The position numbers and the translations under genes are program-made. Shown here piece by piece: positions 58,150 through 64,000 of a DNA stretch of 64,000 nucleotides. Source of the stretch: the human T2T-CHM13v2.0 reference genome, Homo sapiens. The DNA is taken from the NCBI RefSeq assembly GCF_009914755.1, contig NC_060927.1. One strand, given 5' to 3'. The first letter of the stretch is position 1. The number at the start of each line of letters is the position of its first letter. A model generated the notes under the pieces. The model saw nothing but the letters and a program-made list of their open reading frames with translations. It searched no databases and was not told the origin of the DNA.

Positions 58150-60810
58150 TGGAGCACTTCACTTTCACGTAAGTTATGTAGATTGTTGAATGTTCATTCA
58201 GCTACTAAAAGAAACTACAATATATGAATTCATTACAATACTCACATACTAAAATCATAAGAAAGCTGTAAAAATCATGACTAATGGAATAAAATTCCAG
58301 AGAGGAGAGAATCATTCAGGGGTGAATTGAGGATCCCAGCAGTTTTTATTCTGGTAGTACGTACTAATTTTTAGTGCAGGTTAGAGCCTGAGAACTGTGA
58401 CTCATTCTAGGAAGAGGAATCTTCCTAGAGAAAGAGTAACCAGCAGATCTTTCGCAAGTTATGCAAAGCTAGAATGCGAAAGAGCAAGAGTGGGGAGAGC
58501 CCCTATATTGCTCTGCACCCACTTAAAAATTACTTTGTTGTAGGGCTGCAAACTTTGAATGTCAGGGTAAATTTTGTAGGAGTGTACTGGTGGTTATTTA
58601 AAAAAAAAGTTTTTTCATGGGGAATAGGCCAGCTAGTGGGTGAAACTCAGGTTTGGCTCTGGTAGAAAGCTTCATGATCTAGAAAGCAGAGCAAACCAGA
58701 GGTAAGATGACTTTACTGAAATCATAATCTAATTTGGATTGAGGTCAACAGCCCTCACATTCTCTGCCTAACAGAGATAAGAATTAACCCTGTCTGGTTG
58801 AGGTTTACACAATCTGGAGTATCTATGGTTACTTTTACACAATCCAAACACAAAACTTGCAAAATATCAAGACTATATGACCAATAATAATTTTTAAGGA
58901 ATTGATATTAGAACAAGAACATGGATGTCCGCATGAACAGAACTGGACTTTAAGATGATTATGATAACTATATTAATGAAATAGATTAAAAATGGGATAA
59001 AGACATAAAATAATGAAAAAATTTTCAATTAAAAACTGGGACATATAAAAACAAATTAAGTGGACATTTTAAACTAAATAAAATATCTGAAATTAAGAAC
59101 TTCAGTGGTTGAATTCAATAGCATGTTAGCCAGAGAAGATTTAGTGAATTAAAAAACAGATAAATTAAAAAATGCAAAACTGATGTTCAGAGAGAAAAAT
59201 TCAGAGAAAATTGGTGAAAGACACATGGAACAAACTCAATAAGTCTGGTAGTTGCATAAATCTATTCTCACAGGGAGAAAAGAGAGCAAATTTGGCAACA
59301 GAAATAGTGAAGATGTAATGACTGAAAGTTTTCCAAAATTGATGGATGACATTAATCCAGACTCAAGAAGTTCAACAAACTCCAAGCAATATATATCCAA
59401 GTTACAGTGTAGGAATCCAAAGAGAAAATCTTAATACCAGCCAAGCAAAAAAGACAAATTACATTCAAAGAAGCAGGGATACTGAAACTAAACATAAAAA
59501 TAATAAAAGCTAGAAAATGAGGACATGGCCTTTTGAAAAGTGCTAAAACAATATAACTTAGAATTCTATATCCAGTGGAAAAATATTTTATGTATAAAAA
59601 GCCAAAAGAAAAATGTTTTTAGAGAAAAGATCAATTAAATATGGTTTTTAAAAAATCTGTTAGAAAGGAGGCTGAAAATCAATATTTACACATCCATCTC
59701 AAGAAATTAGAGAAAAACTAATTCAAATCTCAAACATATACAATCTATAAAAATATTAATTTAATTCATAAGTACCTACAAACTGATCAATAAAAAAGAA
59801 AGAAAAAACAGTTGTCAGTATTAGGAATACAAAATAAATCATCACTAGTATCATTCAAGCATCAAAGAAATTAATATTATTTACAACCTAATGCCAATTA
59901 CTTTAGAAAATTGTATGAAAAGGATATGTTTGAGGAAAAATCTATAGCCTAAATTGATAGAAAAAATTGAAAATCTTAATAATCTCATATCTATGAAAGA
60001 ACTTAATCTATCATTAGAAACATTCCCAGAAAGCAAACTCCAGATCCATATAACCTTATCAGTGAGCTCTTCCAAATATTTAAGGGAATAACACCACTAT
60101 TAAACAAACTAATTCAGAGTAGGAAAAAAAAGAGATAACACTTTCCAACCCATATTTTATAAGACTCAGGAAAACCCAATAAGAAAACTTCACAAAACAT
60201 TAAAGGAAAGGAAAATTACAGACTAATTTCTTTTAGTCACATAAATGCAACAATCCTAAATCCAATCCTAGAAAATCAAATCCAGCAACACATAAATAGG
60301 ATAATATATCACGAAAAGTGTGGTTTATTCTAGGAATATAAGATGGGTTTAACATTTGGAAAAATGCATACATATGTTATCCAAAAGATGTGCACATGAA
60401 TATTCATAGCAACAGTATTCATAAAGCCAACCTCAAAACTACTCAAAGGCCTATTAACAGTTGAATGGATAAATAAATTTTGGTGTAGTCATACAATGCA
60501 ATACTATACAGCAATGAGAATGAACAAAATGTAGCTACTCACAAACATAGTATTGAGGGAAACAAGCCAGAATGAAAAAAATAACTATTTAATATGCAAT
60601 TTGCATAGAGTACAAAAATTAGCATCCATGATGTTAAAAGTTTGGCTAATGGCTTCCCTGGGGTGGAAGTAAGATCATGATTAGAAGGGAGTATGAAGGG
60701 CTTCTATATGTTGGTGTATGGGTGAGTTCCATTTGTAAAATGAATCAAACTGTACACTGAGGCTATATGCACTTATCTGTATGTGCATTCACATCAAACT
60801 AAATTAAGGA
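58150..60810 (+). mobile_element. Old L1 (L1MC/MD/ME-like): 5'/ORF1 remnants, deleted ORF2 and 3' end
   Basis: atgactgaaagttttccaaaattgatg (ORF1), ggaaaattacagactaatttct...aaatgcaacaatcctaaa (RT), and 3'UTR tcaaactgtacact...atgcactt. Confidence 0.7.
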
Positions 60811-61499
60811 ATGAGTGTGTTCTAAATTGAAAGACTGGCTCATGTGATAATGCCTCATTTCAGCAGTGTATGGCTAAAAAAATATTTAGTTTCCTCCACT
60901 GCCCCTGACACCCATCATGTTTGTTATTTTAGTGACAATGCTCAACAGAACAGGGGGTGTGGGATGAGAGTGTAGTATTTGAAGTAAAGGACATTATGTT
61001 CACGATTCATTTATCTTATCTAAATAGATAAAGTACTGCCTTTATTTTTCACAAATGATTATAGGTTTACATTTTATGCAGGTAGAATTATTTGCTATAG
61101 GATGAAACAGAAGTTATCCATTGATCAAAAGTAAGAAAATAAAAAAATATGGCTGGGGAAAAAATCCTCTCTAACAAATCCATCAGAGAAGTAGCTTAAC
61201 TCTGAACACCATCATTTACAGAATCAATCTTATAATTTTCTCTTTTGGCAGATTTTCAAAGTTTTCAAAATATAGCTGATTCTATAAATTAAGTCCCACA
61301 GCTGTGGTGCTGAGTGAATTTTCTAATTTCCTAGTAGGAGAATCAATCTGCATAATTACTTTCTGAAACAATGGTGTGTATTTCCCCTGTTAATATCTGC
61401 TTAAAAGGGAATATTCTTTGATCTGTGACTTATGAGGGAAAAAGATAATGAAGTTAAATATGGTCAATTCAAATGGACACATATTTAAAAGCATCTAAA

Positions 61500-62010
61500 G
61501 TATGCTGAGTCCAAGCATTAGAGATGCGGTAATGTTAATAGTGGCTACCAATTTCTAAATAAATTTATTAAAGCAAAGAATAATAATTGAAATAATAATT
61601 TAAATTGAAACAATAATTTAAGTACAGAATGTGCAGGTAGAGAAGAAGCAAGGATTTATGCTCATAGTGTAAAGTGGGAAACATGAGACCAACCAGGAAA
61701 TGCATTAACATACATTTCTCTGCCAGAAAAACTAAGAGTGGCCCTTCTAAAACAAATGGCATTTTGAAAAGTAGTATGATTTTATGGAAATATAAAAATG
61801 ATAGTATTGACCAATGAAATTGGTAGTTGGGAATAGTTTGTGAGAAAAATTTGGCTTTTAAGTGTCATCTTTAGGCAACAGGTACCTAAGCAAGAGTTTC
61901 AAGGGCAGAGCAATAATTAGATTTGTCTTTTAGTAAGATAAGTATGGCAATAAATTCAAAAAACAGGTTTTAGATGGTGAGGAGCTGATCAAGAAGAATG
62001 GAAGTGGATT
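61500..62010 (-). mobile_element. L2 fragments
   Basis: ttggcttttaagtgt...taggcaacagg...gagtttcaagggcag...attagatttgtcttttagtaagat. Confidence 0.45.
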
Positions 62011-62869
62011 TATAGAGAGAACTCAAAATGCACACTAACATTAAACATCAAGTGAAATTTGGATGTCACGTTCTCCACTGTATTCTTATGTTTGTGTGTT
62101 TGTTGTTTTAACTTGCTTTAATGGCCTATAAGTTATGGAATCCTAATTTTAGATCTGTGAGTAAAACTATCTGGAAATCATTTCAGTATAGCTGTGATAT
62201 TCTCTATAAATGAAACATTTCAATCACTGGTGTATTTGATGTGTTTTGTAACCATCCACATGAGAACTCTGTCCACATCTGCAGATCATTATGGGTGTAC
62301 ATTCCTAAGCTTCCCAAAGTATTGATCCCTCACTTTGCATCTCACAATAATGGAAGACATGCATACGCCTTGAAAAGCACTCACCATTACTCTCTTGGCT
62401 CATTACTCTTATCCACTGGACAGTAAAAGTAATCTATTAAAATCATATGTAAAACCACTGCTTCCCTCTTACACTAGACATTTTAATGCAGTGATATAAC
62501 ATCATTTAACTGGAAATAATAGAACTCACTGCATTCTAAGATAGAACAGCTGAAACAAATATAACTTAAAATAAGAGTGTATTAGCTGTGCTTCTGTCTT
62601 AGACTATGTGGTCAGTATCCAAGAAACTAGCACAAAAAATGGTGACATGTTTGAGAGTCAGTACACAACCTGAAGGACTGAACCAACTGGCAGGACCTAT
62701 ATCCTTTAACATATCAGAAGACTTTTTGTCTTACTAATTAGAAGTAGCTTTGAGTTCTTCCACAAATTGGCCAAGCTAAACCTACTCCAATGTTTATATT
62801 ATTATTTTCTCCCTGAGCTTAAGTTAGTAAGGTCTGGTAGTTGATTTACTAAACTTCATGGGAGCAATT

Positions 62870-62990
62870 TTGTCACAGTGAAGTAGAATATCATGCTGGG
62901 GTATGAAAATCAGAATTTCATAACCGTCTATCCAGGACTGTGGTTAAGTCACTGGCTTTTCTGATCCTGAGGCTTGCCATTTACATATGT
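62870..62990 (+). mobile_element. MIR fragment
   Basis: cagtgaagtagaa...ttaagtcactggcttttctgatcctgaggcttgccatttac. Confidence 0.4.
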
Positions 62991-64000
62991 CTTTCCCATT
63001 TCTGAACCATTTTTAGCCAGGAATTTCTGCAAGGGGTAATGTGGTTATTAGTAGGATTTTTGAGATTTTTTAAAATAAAAGCTTTAGTATGTGAAACGCT
63101 ATTGTTTACTTAAATCAGAGAGACAAGGGAAAGGTTCTAATTTAAGAAATTACCAGCAAATAATACCAAGAAAGCTTCAAAGAGCAAACATCTAGAAAAC
63201 AATATTAGTGCAGCATATTTTTATTTCCATTTTTATTCTTGCTTTTGTATAGGCGCAGTAAAAACTAGCTCTAGCAAGAGTAACCTCCCTTAGAAATTAT
63301 CACTTTTGCAAAACAAGAAAGTTTCATCTAGATAATTAAAAAAGTCATCAGAGAGTTGGGTTTTGGTAATGATAAACATTAAATATTGAAGACTAATTTC
63401 TTTGGTCCATTTTGTACCTTTTTTCACAGAATTACAGCAAAAAAAAATGCTTTATTTTTCTAATTCTCATTGAAATCTTTCCTACAAAGATAACCTCCTT
63501 TCAAGTCACTCTTGAGATATTAGTTTAATTGCCTCAAATAATTGAGCTGTTTTGCATATACAGATAGCATATTATTATTTGGCTATGATGTAGCTTCCAT
63601 CCTTTGTAGAAAAAAGTTATTATAATCTAACTGTAAAAGATTAGATAAATTAGTGCTAGATCCAAATGTTAAAATCAAGGCCCTATTAATACTTTCTAGA
63701 TCAAATATTAGCCTGCTAGATATTAATTACTTTTCCGATGCTTAATATATCTAGAAATTCATGACACTGTTTGCTTTTCCTCTCTGCTCTGCCACTTTAT
63801 CCACTGTTGTATTTACTATCACTGACAATGGAGTTTGGTAAGCTGTGCATTCCTTATGCCACTCTGCTGGATTGGCTGTTTAGTTTCTTTTTTAAAATGC
63901 AAGAAAACTGAAAGCACAGAAAAAGATAACATAAAATTGACCTCAGCCTAGTAACATGCTATGCAGTTGAGTTATATTCTAGAATTGCTGCCTGTACTCA

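Overview
AT-rich, CpG-poor primate (human-like) non-coding genomic DNA made up mostly of transposable-element relics. No cellular protein-coding gene, RNA gene or CpG-island promoter is recognisable. The ORFs I could recognise are LINE-1 fragments or Alu read-throughs; the rest look like chance ORFs. Main contents: (1) a full-length but decayed L1PA12/13-like element (~399-6965) nested in the ORF1 of an older L1; (2) 12 Alus, a FRAM-like monomer and a 23-bp Alu stub; (3) a young 5'-truncated L1PA3-like copy with a perfect 15-bp TSD; (4) a near-perfect 35-bp VNTR; (5) solo LTRs (LTR16-, LTR47-, MER34-, THE1-, MST- and MLT1-like); (6) a minus-strand LTR8A/MER4-group provirus (44443-49746) that splits a MIR, has lost almost all of its 5' LTR and hosts a twin-primed L1PA14-like insert; (7) DNA transposons (MER3, MER20, MER96B, MER5, Tigger2a, Tigger1). 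I found no support for a novel biological system. The most unusual signals are repair or rearrangement scars: a locally templated insertion inside Tigger2a, an unexplained exact 20-bp direct repeat, and the deletion stubs. Subfamily names come from remembered consensus diagnostics, not from a database search, and boundaries of old elements are approximate.
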